From Felis catus (Eukaryota): a stretch of DNA of 64,000 nucleotides. The position numbers were made by a program, and so were the translations under genes. The notes beneath the pieces were generated by a model that was not told where the DNA came from, searched no databases, and worked only from the letters and a program-made list of their open reading frames with translations. The stretch spans positions 155,374,001-155,438,000 of the forward strand of contig NC_058368.1 of the NCBI RefSeq assembly GCF_018350175.1, read 5' to 3'. Shown here piece by piece: positions 52,258 through 64,000 of this stretch. The first letter of the stretch is position 1. Every line of letters begins with the position of its first letter.

Positions 52258-52679
52258 TGGCAGAGAACTGAACAGGCATTTTTCCAGAGACAGACAAATG
52301 TCCAGCAGGTACCTGAAAGGTATTCAACATCTCTAGTCATCAGGAAAATAGAAATCAAAACCACAATGGGATATCACTTCACACCTGTTAGAGAGGCTGT
52401 CATCAAGAAGAAAAGAGATAACAAGCATTGGCAAGGATGTGGAATAAAGGAAACCCCTGTGCACTGTTGGTGGGAATGTAAATTGGTACAGCCACTATGA
52501 AGAACAGTATGGAGGTTCCTCAAAAAATTAAAAATAGAACTACCATATGATCTAGCAATCACACTTGTGGGTATACATCCACAGGAAATGAAAACAGGAT
52601 TTTGAAGAGATATCTACACTCCCATGTTCTTTGCAACAGTATTCATAAGAGTCAAGGTATGAAAATGAACTAATGTCTA

Positions 52680-52885
52680 AATTTTTTAAAATATTTATTT
52701 ATTTTGAGAGAAAGAGAGAGCTTGAGCAGGGAAGGGGCAGAGAGAGAGGGAGAAAGAATCCCAAGCAGGCTCCACGCTGCCAGCACAGAGCCCAACGTGG
52801 GGCTCAATCCCACAGACCATGAGATCATGACCTGAGCCAAGACCAAGATTCAGATGCTTAACCGACTAAGCCACCCTGACACCCC
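52680..52885 (-). mobile_element. CanSINE
   Basis: TSD taat(g/a)tcta at 52671-52679 and 52886-52894. Confidence 0.93.
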
Positions 52886-53990
52886 TAATATCTATACTTT
52901 TAATTCAGATCAGAGGACCTGCCTTATTTAGAGAAATTTAAATGGTCCTTTCATGCCCGGCTCTTAGTAGAGATGTTATACCAGGAATATCAATCTCTGG
53001 TTCTGCCAGGGATCAGCTGACTCCTCTCCTTTAGGCCCTAGTAAGGTCCTACTTGCTGGCCTCATCAGAAAGTCAGAGTTCTTGAGTCCTAGAAACAGTA
53101 TTGGTCAGATGCAACTTTAGTTTGGAACTGGGGGAAACCTTAAAGATTTTCTAGCCTTCATTTTATTTATTAAAAAAAAAAGATTCAAAAAGGCTCAGTG
53201 ACTTGTCCAGGGTTACTTTTCTTAAGTTTAATTTTTTTTAAAGAAGTAAACATTTTTCAAGTTTTCTTTGAAAACTTTTTATGGGAAAAAGAGGTAAAAA
53301 TCTGCCCAAAGTTTTAAATACATTCTTTTAAAAGTTGCCATTTTCAAATTTGTCCAATACAGTCTGATTGAAAGACATTAAAATAAAGGAAGATGAACTT
53401 GCCCTTCTGTTTAATAAAAAAAAGAACAGAGAGGAGAAATCTATTCATCAACACATATAATACTTTATGTTTCAGCAGTGTTCCTAAAACCAAGAAATTT
53501 AAGGAAAATAAAATAATGGCAAATGCATTCCAAACTTCACAGAATTTTTTTTAGAGCTTTCTGGAGAAAGTAGATAAAGACAAGTCCACCTGTGAATTAT
53601 GATATTCTCAGAAAATTGTTTAAAAGATAAATGGTTTTGTTCTATTTTTCTACAAGGAAAAAAGAAATCAGACTTTATGAAACACAGCGGAAAGTCCCAT
53701 CCTTCCCATGCCTATCCTCATTAGTACAAGATAATGAAAGCCAGGGTATCACTGTTTATGATCCAAACTGCATGCTTTGGTTTCCACTAGGAGTTACTCT
53801 AAATTTCCTAATAAAATGTTTTTGTATTTCCATTTATTGGGGTGATTTCTTTGTAACTGCTACTATCGCACATGTTTATTGACAGTTAAAATGGTCTGTG
53901 GCTTATACTTTGTGTTTGAGATCACTGTTTTGCCGTCTTTTCATTGTCCCTTGCCCCACTTTTTTTATACATTAAGAATATCCAGTGCCA

Positions 53991-54104
53991 GGGTGCCTGG
54001 ATGGCTCAGGTGGAAGAGCATGCTACTCTCGATCTCCAGGTCATGAGTTCAAGCCCCATGTTGGGTGTAGAAATTACTTAAAATAAATAAATTAAATTTT
54101 AAAA
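53991..54104 (+). mobile_element. Short tRNA-like CanSINE without a CT region
   Basis: A and B boxes, A-rich tail, TSD aagaatatcca at 53974 and 54105. Confidence 0.9.
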
Positions 54105-55973
54105 AAGAATATCCACTGACTACATCTTCATTAACTTTATCAACAGACCCAAAAATGAAAATATACTAGAACTGACCAAGTCAGAACTTGTAATCCTGAA
54201 GTAGTGTATAAGCATGAGAAAACAAACTAGTAATGAAGACAAGTATGATAGCCAAAAAAACTGAAGAAGGCTCTTGAAGCCAAGCTTTATTGCCAGAGAA
54301 AGTAAATGTAACATTCACTTTGGTTTTTGTATTCCTGGAATGCATTCCTCCTCTGAGGAAGAATAACAACAGTAATAAACCTAAATCAAGACAAAAAAAA
54401 TTTTGAGGACAACTAATTATATCTTTTTTCTTCATAATACAGAGCAAATCTTAACACTCAGCGGTGTAATATATAACGGAAAAAGATCTCATTAATTAAA
54501 ATATCTCACTACTATTTAAAGACTGCCTCTGGTGGCTTAGGTGAAACAGATATATAGTATCTTTTTAAAAAGCCTATAATAGCCCCAAAGTTTTCTGCAA
54601 GTATTTTCAATCTTCTTTGTTAGTTTGATAAACTTAACTCTTTTTCTAAAATATAATTTGTAATTAATTTTGCAAGTATTTGTCATAACACATTCAATGT
54701 GCGGACCTCTGTCCCTAAAAAGAAAATTCTAAATTTATTTTATATAAAAAGTGAATTTATTTGGTTGTCTCATTTATATACTTAGCTTCTATAAAATTCC
54801 TTGCATTTTCATAAACTTCAGACAGCAGGACACACACAGAAGAGTGAGAAAAAGAGAAGAGGATTTTGTAATAGAATCCTGCCTGAGCCAACAACTCTCA
54901 GTAGTCTTTTGGCAAAAGGCCTTGTGTGAACTATATCCCAGACCTCAGTCTAAGGCAGCCAAAGGTTTCCGAAAAGAATAGGTCCAAAATGGCTTATTAC
55001 CTTTCACATTTGACCTTCTACCTAGTTGCCTCATACTTTGTGAACTTAAAATCTTGTGAGAGAATGCTTAGCCATCCTGTTTATAAACACAGCCTATTTA
55101 TTCCACAGGAACAGTTTGGCAGGACATATCCAGGTCAACTGACCTTGAGTTGTCACAGAAATGCTAGGCCTCAGACTCCTCTTATAATTAAGCCAAACTG
55201 CAACATTGTGACCAGCTGAAATCAGTGCTGGACTGTGTAGCAATCATTAATTATTCAGTTCACTTTCATGTTGTATACTTCCAAGTATTAACATACAAAA
55301 TGTGAAAGCAATCATACATAAACTAGAAGTAGTATAAATGAGGCCTAAATGGAAAAGAGAAAAAGCAGAAATTTTTAACTGGAATATTACAAGCTATTCT
55401 CAACTATTACACTGCAAAATTTGTAAACATACAACGAAAATCACACAATCTTTTAGTTATTTGTGTGTTTTCAAAACTCCAGTCTGTCTTAGTCAGGCTT
55501 TGCCTTATATTAAGCATTTACCTGAAGAAATTACTTGATTAAATTAATTATCTCCAGAGGCAATCCAAGATGGCAGCACAGAAGATCCTGAACTCACCTC
55601 CTCCACAGACCAAATTTACAGATACATTTGGAACGATTCCCTCTGAAAAAGATCCAAAAAGTAGCTGTACAGCTCCTTCACAACAAATGGTAAAAGGGCC
55701 ACATTGAGATGGTTAAGAAAGGTAGAAAGAGTCTCACCAAAAACCCCACCACCAAGTTGGTAACCCACAATTGGGTCAGATCTCAAAAATCCCAAGCTTC
55801 TCCCCGAGAAGTAAGGGGTTCGTCATTCTTCATATAAGGCACCCCAATCCTTGAGACCTACAAAAAAGAGACAAACCTCCAAAATGTGTGGCTTGGAAAA
55901 CCAATAGGGTTTACATCTAGGAGACCCAAAGAGCTGTAGGGAACTGAGATTCTGCTCTAAAAGGGCTTATGGA

Positions 55974-56181
55974 GGGGTGCCTGGGTGGCTCGGTTGGTTA
56001 AGCATCCAACTTCGGGTCAGGTCATGATCTCATGGTCCGTGAGTTCAAGCCCCGCGTCGGGCTCTGTGCTGACAGCTCAGAGCCTGGAGCCTGTTTCAGA
56101 TTCTGTGTCTCCCTCTCTCTCTGCCCCTCCCCTGTTCATGCTCTGTCTCTCTGTCTCAAAAATAAATAAACGTTAAAAAAA

Positions 56182-56228
<47 letters not shown>

Positions 56229-56230
56229 AA
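55974..56230 (+). mobile_element. CanSINE with (TAAA)n tail
   Basis: Perfect TSD taaaagggcttatgga at 55958-55973 and 56231-56246. Confidence 0.96.
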
Positions 56231-57305
56231 TAAAAGGGCTTATGGACAGACTTACTCCCTGTAGAGACCAGTACAAAAGCAGCAGTTTGAAAAGTTCTAG
56301 ATTCTATGTAAAGGAGATTCATTTGCTAATCTTAAAGTGTCTGCCAGAGGGGCAGACGCCTGCTGAGACTATCTCCAGGGACAAAGGTGCTACAAGTTAC
56401 CATTTTTGTGTTCTTCTAACTTGCTAATGCCAGGGAGCAAATCCCAGCCCAGTGCTTTCTTGCTGCTCTGCAAAAGCCAGCGGGTGCATGCTGGCCCTGC
56501 ATTCTCCTGATGCCTCACTAAAGCCGGCAGGCATAAGCAGTACACACAGGAGACACTCTGTGATCACCTGGCTCTGGTGGGTGATCTGGCTTCTGGGGGG
56601 AAAGGGGGTGGGTTACATTTCTAGGCTCCATGGGACTGAAAGAATCAGAGACCGTTCTTGGCAGGCTGCCACCCCAAGGGTACTGCACAGACAAAATATG
56701 AAACACACCCCAGTCCTCCTGTGAAAAGACCTATTTACTTTCCCTGGAGCTTCAGCCTGAGGGGCAGATTTCAGGTTTGCCACATATTCAGAGGCTACAG
56801 AGCCACTTAGGCAATCAATGTATGCAGGGGAATGCCATCTTCATACTCTCCCTCAGCCTCAATATAGTTCTGCAGTAATCTCCCAAAAAGGACTTACATA
56901 TTCATCTGAAGCCCTGATATTTCCACCTGTCACCCAGGGGTCACCTCCAGATCACCTTATCTGGAAGCCAGCAAGGTTTAAGTTCCACAAGGATGTATAT
57001 ATCTGAATACTTAAAAGCTGCTGCCTGAGGGTCTCGTTTTCAATCAGCCAGAAAATAGGTGCTGACTGAGATCTCTCCCTTTGGAACATTGACAAGTCTT
57101 GGCACACCTTGACCTATCAAGTATAAATCAGGCTGCTTAGACAATCACAAAGGTTTGAAAGACAACCAGGTTTACCTTCCAGACTGAGAGAAGTACTATT
57201 CTGCGTAATACACAGAAACAAAACCAGAGTATTTCCCAGAGGAAACAAAGGAATATCTACCAAATGAAAGACCAAGATAAAACCTCATTAAAAAAAAGAA
57301 ACAGA

Positions 57306-57519
57306 GGGGCGCCTGGGTGGCGCAGTCGGTTAAGCGTCCGACTTCAGCCAGGTCACGATCTCACGGTCCGGGAGTTCGAGCCCCGCATCGGGCTCTGGGC
57401 TGATGGCTCAGAGCCTGGAGCCTGTTTCTGATTCTGTGTCTCCCTCTCTCTCTGCCCCTCCCCCGTTCATGCTCTGTCTCTCTCTGTCCCAAAAAAAAAA
57501 TAGATAAACGTTGAAAAAA
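57306..57519 (+). mobile_element. Young felid SINEC_Fc
   Basis: CpG-rich; TSD aaaaaaaagaaacaga. Confidence 0.96.
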
Positions 57520-59624
57520 AAAAAAAAGAAACAGAAAAGAAAGAAACCTCAATGAAACGGAGATAAATAAGTAATATACCTGATAAAGAATTCAAAGTAA
57601 TAGTCACAAAGATGCTCAACTAACTGGGGAGAAGAATGAATGAACACAGAACTTCAATACAAAATATATGAAAATACCAAAAAGAAGTCATAGAGATGAA
57701 GAATATAACAACTGAACTCAAGAATACACTAGAAGTTTCAATAGCAGACTAAATCAGAGCAGAAGAAATGAACACTGAGCTCATAGACAAGGCAGTGGAA
57801 CTCACCCACATAAAGCAACAGAAAGAAAAAAGAATTTTAAAAAGTGAATGTACTTTAAGAGACCAATAGGAAAACATCACAAGAAACAACATTCACATTA
57901 CAGGAGTCCCAGGAGGGGAGAGAGAGACAAGGGCAGAAAACTTATCTGAGGAAATAATGGCTGAAAATTTCCCTAACCTGAAAAAGAAACCAATATTGAG
58001 ATCTAGGGAGCCCAGAAAGTTCCAAATGAGAGGAACCCAAAAAAATCCACACCAAGACATATCATAATTAAATTGTCAACAGTTAAAGAGAAAGAGAGAA
58101 TCGTGAAAGCAGCATGAGAAAACAACTTGTCACATATAAGGAAATCCTCATAAGACTATCAGCAAATTATTGAGAGAAACTATGAAGGCCAGAAAGGAAT
58201 CGCATGATGTATTCAAAGTGCTAAAAGGAAAAAAAATGCAACCAAGAATACTTTAACCAGCAAGGTTTTCATTCAGAATACAAAAAGAGATGAGTATTCC
58301 AGACAAAAAATAAAGCTAAAATTTGTTTATCACAACTAAACCAATCTTACAAGAAATCCTTCTTAAAGCTGGAAAGAAAGGGAACTAGTATTAAGAAGAT
58401 GAAAGTATAAACCTCACTAGTATAAATATATAATAAAGGTAGTAGATTAATCACTGATAAAGCTAGTATGAAGGTTAAAAGACAAAAGTAGTAAAAATAA
58501 GTGTGACTACAATTATCAGTTAAGGGATATACAAAACAAAAAGATATAAAATGTGACATCAAAAACATAAAATGTGGAAGGAGGTAAATGCAGACTTTAA
58601 AATGCATTTAAACTGAAGCTGCTATCAGTTTAAAATGGATTTATATAAATATATAGGCTGTTACGTGTGAGCCTCATAATAACCAAAAATCAAAACCTAT
58701 CATATATACACAAAAGATGATAAGAAAGGAGTCTAAGCAAAACACTAAAGAAAGTCATCAAACCACAAGCTAAGACAGCAAGAGAATAAGAAAGGAATAT
58801 AAAGGAACTAAAAACAACCAAAAAATAATTAATGAAATGGCAGTAAACACATACCTATCAATAATTATTTTAAATATAAATGGACTAAATTCTTAAATCA
58901 AAAGACACAGAGTGGCAGACTGGATTAAAAAACAAGACCAATCTATATGCTGCCTACAAATGTAAGGGCACACACAGACTGAAAGTGAAGGGATGGAAAA
59001 AGAAGTTCCACACAAACAGAAATGAAAAAAACAAGCTGGGGTAGCTATATCAGACAAAATAGACTTTAAAACAAAGACTATAAAAAAAAAGAAAAAGAAG
59101 ATATTACACAATGACAAAAGTGTCAATCCAACAAGAGGATATAACATTTGTAAATACCGATGCACCTAAAATAAGAGCACCTAAATATATGAAGCAAAAG
59201 TGAACAGACCTAAAGGGACATATCGACAGCAATACAATGGTTGTAGGGGACTTTAATACTCCACTTACAACAATTGATTGCTCATCCAGAGAGAAAATTA
59301 ATAAGGAAACAATACACTAGACCAAATGGACTTAATATATAGAGAATATTCCACCAAAAAACAGAATACACATTCTCTTCAAGTGCACATAAATTATTCT
59401 GTAGGATAGATCATATGCTAGGCCAAAAAATAACACTCAATACATTTAAGAAGACTGAAACCATAATATGCATCTTCTCTGAACAAAATAGTATGAAACT
59501 AGAAACTAATTACAAGAAGAAAACTGGAAAAAACAAAAACACGTGAACAGTAAACAACATGCTATTAAACAACCCATGGGTCAACAAAGAAATCAAAGAG
59601 GGGATTTAAAAATACCTTGAGACA

Positions 59625-59935
59625 GAGGTACCTGGGTGGCTCAGTCAGTTAAGCATCTGACTTATTATAATAACATCTGGCTCCATCCATGTTGTCATAA
59701 GTTTCAAGATTTTATTCTTTCAGGGGCGCCTGGGTGGCTCAGTCAGTTGACCATCTGACTTTGGCTCAGGTCATGATCTCATGGTTCCTGAGTTTAAGAC
59801 CCGCATTGGGTTCTATACTGACAGCTCAGAGCCTGGAGCCTGCTTCAAATTCTGTGTCTCCCTCTTTCTCTGCCCCTCCCCTGCTCATACTCTGTCACTC
59901 TCTCAAAATAAATAAACATTAAAAATTTTTTTTTT
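59625..59935 (+). mobile_element. Composite insertion: SINE head + antisense L1 3'UTR piece + full CanSINE
   Basis: Single perfect TSD aaataccttgagaca at 59610-59624 and 59936-59950. Confidence 0.88.
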
Positions 59936-60944
59936 AAATACCTTGAGACAAATAAAAAAGCCAATACAAGTCAACAAAAATCTTTGAAAAGCAGCAAAAG
60001 CAGTTCTAAGAGGGAAGTTCATAGCAATACAAACCTACCTCAAGAAACAAGAAAAATCTCAAATAAACAATCTTTTACCTAAAGAAACTAGAAAAAGAAG
60101 AAATGAAGACCAAAGTTAGAAGAAAGGAAATAACAAGCATCAGAGATGAAATAAATGAAATAGAAACCAAAAAGACAATAGAAAAGATCAGTGAAATTAA
60201 AAGATGTTTCTTTGAAATGACAAACAAAATGACTCACCTTTAGGAGACTAAGCCAGAAAAAAAAAACAAAAAACAGATGACTCAAAATCATAAATGAAAG
60301 AGAAGTTACAATGATATCACAGAAGTACAAAAGATCATAAAAGACTACTATGAATGGTTATATGCCAACAAACTGGACAACTGAGAATATATATATTTCT
60401 AAAAACACAATCTTCCAAGATTGAATAATTTATAATCAGAAAATGTGAACAGACCAATCACTACAAATGAGATTGAATCAATAATCAAAGCTTCCTAACA
60501 AACAAAAGTCCAGAACCAGGCAACTTCACCACTGAATTCTAGGAAACATTTAAAGAATATTTAATACCTAGCCTTTTCAAACTCTTCCAAAGAATTAAAG
60601 AGGAGAGAACATTTCCAAACTCATTTCACAAAGCCAGCAATACTCTGATAACAAAACCACCACAAAAAAACTGTAGGTTAATATCTCTGATGGACACAGA
60701 TGCAATGAAATATTAACAAACCAAATTCAAAAACACATCAAAAGAATAAAACATTGTGATCAAGTGGGATTTATTCCAAGGATGCAAAGATAGTTCAACA
60801 TCTGCAAATAAATCAGCATGATACACATTAACAAATTAAAGGATGAAAATCACCCTATCATCTCAATAGATGCAGAAAAAAACATTTGATAAAAGTTAAC
60901 ACCCATTTATGATTTTAAAAAACTCTCAACAAAGTGAGTATAGA

Positions 60945-61175
60945 GGGGCATCTGGGTGGCTCAGTCTTTTGAGCATTCAACTCTTGATTTCAGCTGAGGT
61001 CATGATCTCGTGGTTCCTGGGATCAAGCCCCATGCTGGGCTCTGCACTGACAGCATGTAGCCTGGTTAAGATTCTCTCTCTTCCTCTCTCTCTGCTCCTC
61101 CCCTACTTGCATGCACACTCTCTCAAAATAACTTTAAAAAAATAATTTAAAAAGAACTTAAATAAACTTTAAAAA
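60945..61175 (+). mobile_element. CanSINE
   Basis: TSD aaagtgagtataga at 60931-60944 and 61176-61189. Confidence 0.94.
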
Positions 61176-63089
61176 AAAGTGAGTATAGAGTAAATGTACC
61201 TCAACATAATAAAGGCCATATACTTAAAGCACACATCATAAACTTTTCCTTCAAGATCAAGAACAAGAGAAGGATATATACTCTCCCCATTTTTATGCAA
61301 GATAGTATTTGCAACCCTAGCCACAGTAATAAGGCAAGAACAACAAATAAAAAGCATCCAAATTAAAAGGGAAGAAGTAAAACTTTCCCTATTCATAGAC
61401 AACATGATTTTATATGAAAACCCTAAGTACTCTGCCAAAATCTGTTAGAACTAATCAGCAAGTTCAGTAAAGTTACAGGGTCAAAATCAACATACAAAAA
61501 TCTGTTGCATACACTTAACAACAAACTATCAGAAAAAGAAATTAAGAAAACAATCACTTTAAAATTACAATAAAAAGAATAAAATACCTAGAAATAAATT
61601 TAACCAAGGAGGTTAAAGACCTATACACTGAAAACTTTAAGACACAGATGAGAGAAATTAAAGAAGACACAAATAAATGGAAAGATATTCAAGCTCATGC
61701 CCTGGAAGAGTTAATACTGTTAAAATGTTCATATTATCCCAAAACAATCTACAGATTCAATGCAACCCCTATCAAAATCCGAACAGTAAACAATCAATCA
61801 ACAAACAATCCTAAAATTTGATGAAAACATGAAAGACCTTGAATCCCAATGGCAATCAATCAATCAATGAACAATGCTAGAATTTATATGAAACTACAAA
61901 AGACCTCAAATAATTAAAGCAATCTTGAGAAAGAACAAAGCTGCAGGCATTTGCAATCTGATTTCAAACTATATTACAAAGTTATGGTAACCAAAACAGT
62001 GTGGTAAAAGCATTAAAACAGACTTATAGATGAACAGAACAGAATAAAGAGCCCAGAAATAAACCCACACGTATATATGGTCAACTAATCTGCAACAAAG
62101 AAGCCAAGAATATACAAAGGGGAAAGAATAGACTCTTCAGTAAACAGTGCTGGGAAAACCAGATAGCCACATGCAAAAAAATGAAACTAGACTGCTACCT
62201 TACATCACTAACAAAAATGAAGATGAAATGGATTAAAGACTTAAATGTAAGGCCTGAAACCATAAAACTCCCAGCCTACCATTACTAAAAATCTTTGGCC
62301 AAAGGTTAGCCTTTATGGGGATTTGCTCACCAGGTTCTCATTACCTTAAATGATAGGAAAACTCAAGCTGTGATTTTTGGTTAAAATGGTCCTAGGTTCT
62401 TTGGCAAAAGTAAATGCAAATCCTCTCTAAAGAAAAGTAGCTTTATTCTAAGCCTCCAGGATTCTCCAAATAATATTTCAAGGGCAATGAGAAAGATAAT
62501 ACAAGGACACAAAACACAAGGAGACAAAAGCCTACACAAATAAAAAACAAATGCAAGAGACCCATTAATACTTTAAATATTAGAATTATCAGAGACAAAT
62601 TATAAAACTATGCTTACTACATTAAAAAATGAATGGCATGCTTAAAAATATCTGCAGGTGTAAGAAACTACAAGAAGTGAAAAAGCAAATTAGGAAAAGA
62701 ATCAAATGGAATTTCTAGAAATTAAAATGACTGTATTTATAAATTAAATATTTGCAAATCACCTCTCTGACAAAATATTAACACCCAGAAAATATAAATA
62801 ATACAACTCAACAGCATAAAAACAAATAACTTGGTTTAAAAATGGGTAAAGGATCTGAATAGACATTTTTTCAAAGAAGACTTATAAATGGCCAACAGTT
62901 ATATAAAAATACTCAACATCACTAATTGGAAAAGCAAATCAAAACCATAAGGAGATATCATCTCATACCTGTTAGGATGGCTATTATCAAAAAGATGAGA
63001 AAAGGGAATATACGTTGAAATATAAATTGATACAGGTATGGAAAAAGTATGGAGGTTTCTCAAGAATCAAAATTGGAACTACAAACTGT

Positions 63090-63245
63090 GGGATGTCTGG
63101 CTGGCTCAGTCAGTAAAGCATGTGACTCTGGATATTGGGGGTAGAGTTTACCCAAAAAAAAAAAAAAGAAAGGAAGGAAGGAAGGAAGGAAGGAAGGAAG
63201 GAAGGAAGGAAGGAAGGAAGGAAAGAAAGGGAGGAAGGAAGAAAG
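63090..63245 (+). mobile_element. Short CanSINE with internal deletion and (GGAA)n tail
   Basis: gggatgtctggctggctcagtcagtaaagcatgtgactct..gggggtagagtttac; B-box segment absent; (GGAA)n at about 63170-63240. Confidence 0.85.
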
Positions 63246-63442
63246 AAAACAGAACTACCTTATGATCCAGCAATCCTACATCTGTGTACATATTCAAAGA
63301 AAATAAGATCATCTCAAAGAGCTATCTGCATCCCCATGTTCACTATAGCATTATTCACAATAGCTAAGATATGGCAACAACCTAAGTGTCCATCATGGAT
63401 TTTTAAAAAGGAATATTATTTAGCCAACAAAAAAAGGAAGGA

Positions 63443-63655
63443 GGAGCACTGGGGTGGCTCAGTTAGTTGAGCATCCAACTCTTGACTTCAGCTCATAGTC
63501 TCATGGTTCATGAGTTCGAGAGCCCTGAGGGGGGTTCTGTGCCAACAGCACAGAACCTGCTTGGGATTCTCTGTCTCCTCTCTCTCTGCCCCTCTTCTGT
63601 TCGTGTTCTCTCCCCCTCTCTCTCAAAAATGAGTACATAAACATTTAAAAGAAGA
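63443..63655 (+). mobile_element. CanSINE
   Basis: TSD aaaaaaaggaagga. Confidence 0.9.
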
Positions 63656-63979
63656 AAAAAAAGGAAGGAAACCCTGCCATTTGCAATAATGTGGATAAAC
63701 TTGGAGGACATTGTGCTAAGTGAATTAAGTCAGACAGAGAAAGACAAATACCATATGATCTCATTTTTATGCAGAATCTAAAAAAGTGAAACTCATAGGC
63801 TAGAAAGTAGAACAGTGGTTGTCAGGGTTGGGGGGCGGGCGGAAATGGGAAAATGTTAATTATAGGGTATGAACTTTCGGTTATAAATTCTGAAGATCTA
63901 ATTATACAGCATAATAGTTAATTATACTGCATTGTATACATGAGATTTGTTAAGAGAGTAGACCTTAGGTGTTCTCAAC

Positions 63980-64000
63980 CACACACACACACACACACAC
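63980..64000. repeat. (CA)n at the L1 tail, running off the window
   Basis: Direct reading. Confidence 0.95.

Larger units (their letters stand above)
48810..52679 (+). mobile_element. LINE-1 with 5'UTR and several large internal deletions
   Basis: 5'UTR start similar to that at 55557; ORF1 N-terminal half; ORF2 RT with LFADDMI motif at about 51190; C-terminal segment at 52259-52679. Confidence 0.9.
55557..62271 (+). mobile_element. Long decayed LINE-1: 5'UTR, ORF1 remnant (about 57.2-58.4 kb), ORF2 remnant from about 58837
   Basis: Starts ccaagatggcagcacagaagatcctgaactcacctcctcc; endonuclease motifs (aatggactaaat, gtaggggactttaatactccact, gatcatatg); RT region. Many stops. Confidence 0.93.
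62745..63980 (+). mobile_element. LINE-1 ORF2 C-terminus and 3'UTR (L1MA9-like end)
   Basis: KVWRFLK motif; ends tttgttaagagagtagaccttaggtgttctcaacc followed by (AC)n. Confidence 0.9.

Noticed and set aside
53991..54080. tRNA-like sequences with A and B boxes (also 2411, 11631, 63090)
   Set aside because: A-rich tails, flanking duplications and degenerate stems identify them as short CanSINEs, not tRNA genes.
321..59922. Family of similar short ORFs (MAQSV...QVMIS...SPASGSVLTAQSLEPASDSVSPSLS)
   Set aside because: These are translations of CanSINE copies, not a gene family.
142..63470. ORFs with RT, endonuclease or Cys-rich similarity (e.g. 142-354, 27391-27600, 51145-51339)
   Set aside because: They are fragments of dead L1 ORF2 broken by stops and frameshifts; no intact ORF1 or ORF2 exists.

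Overview
This is mammalian genomic DNA, almost certainly from a felid: it carries about 35 tRNA-derived CanSINEs, including young SINEC_Fc-type copies. The window is AT-rich and dominated by transposable elements. It holds three long, decayed LINE-1 elements that retain 5'UTR sequence (about 18.6-26.6 kb, 48.8-52.7 kb and 55.6-64 kb), many L1 fragments, one ERVL-type solo LTR, hAT MITEs, MIR/L2 relics and microsatellites. I cannot support any protein-coding gene: the supplied ORFs are SINE or L1 read-through or chance ORFs. Nearly all L1 sequence lies on the + strand, which suggests the window is an intron of a minus-strand gene. Consistent with that, the minus strand has a candidate 5-nt microexon (4486-4490) and a candidate 249-nt non-coding exon (30638-30886). 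The best-supported oddities are retrotransposition and repair scars: a SINE-head/antisense-L1/SINE chimera inside one target-site duplication (TSD), a probable L1-insertion-mediated deletion, an inverted templated L1 patch, a SINE with a tandemly amplified B-box unit, and a tail-only insertion. I found no convincing novel biological system. Subfamily names come from recognition of the sequence, not from a database search.
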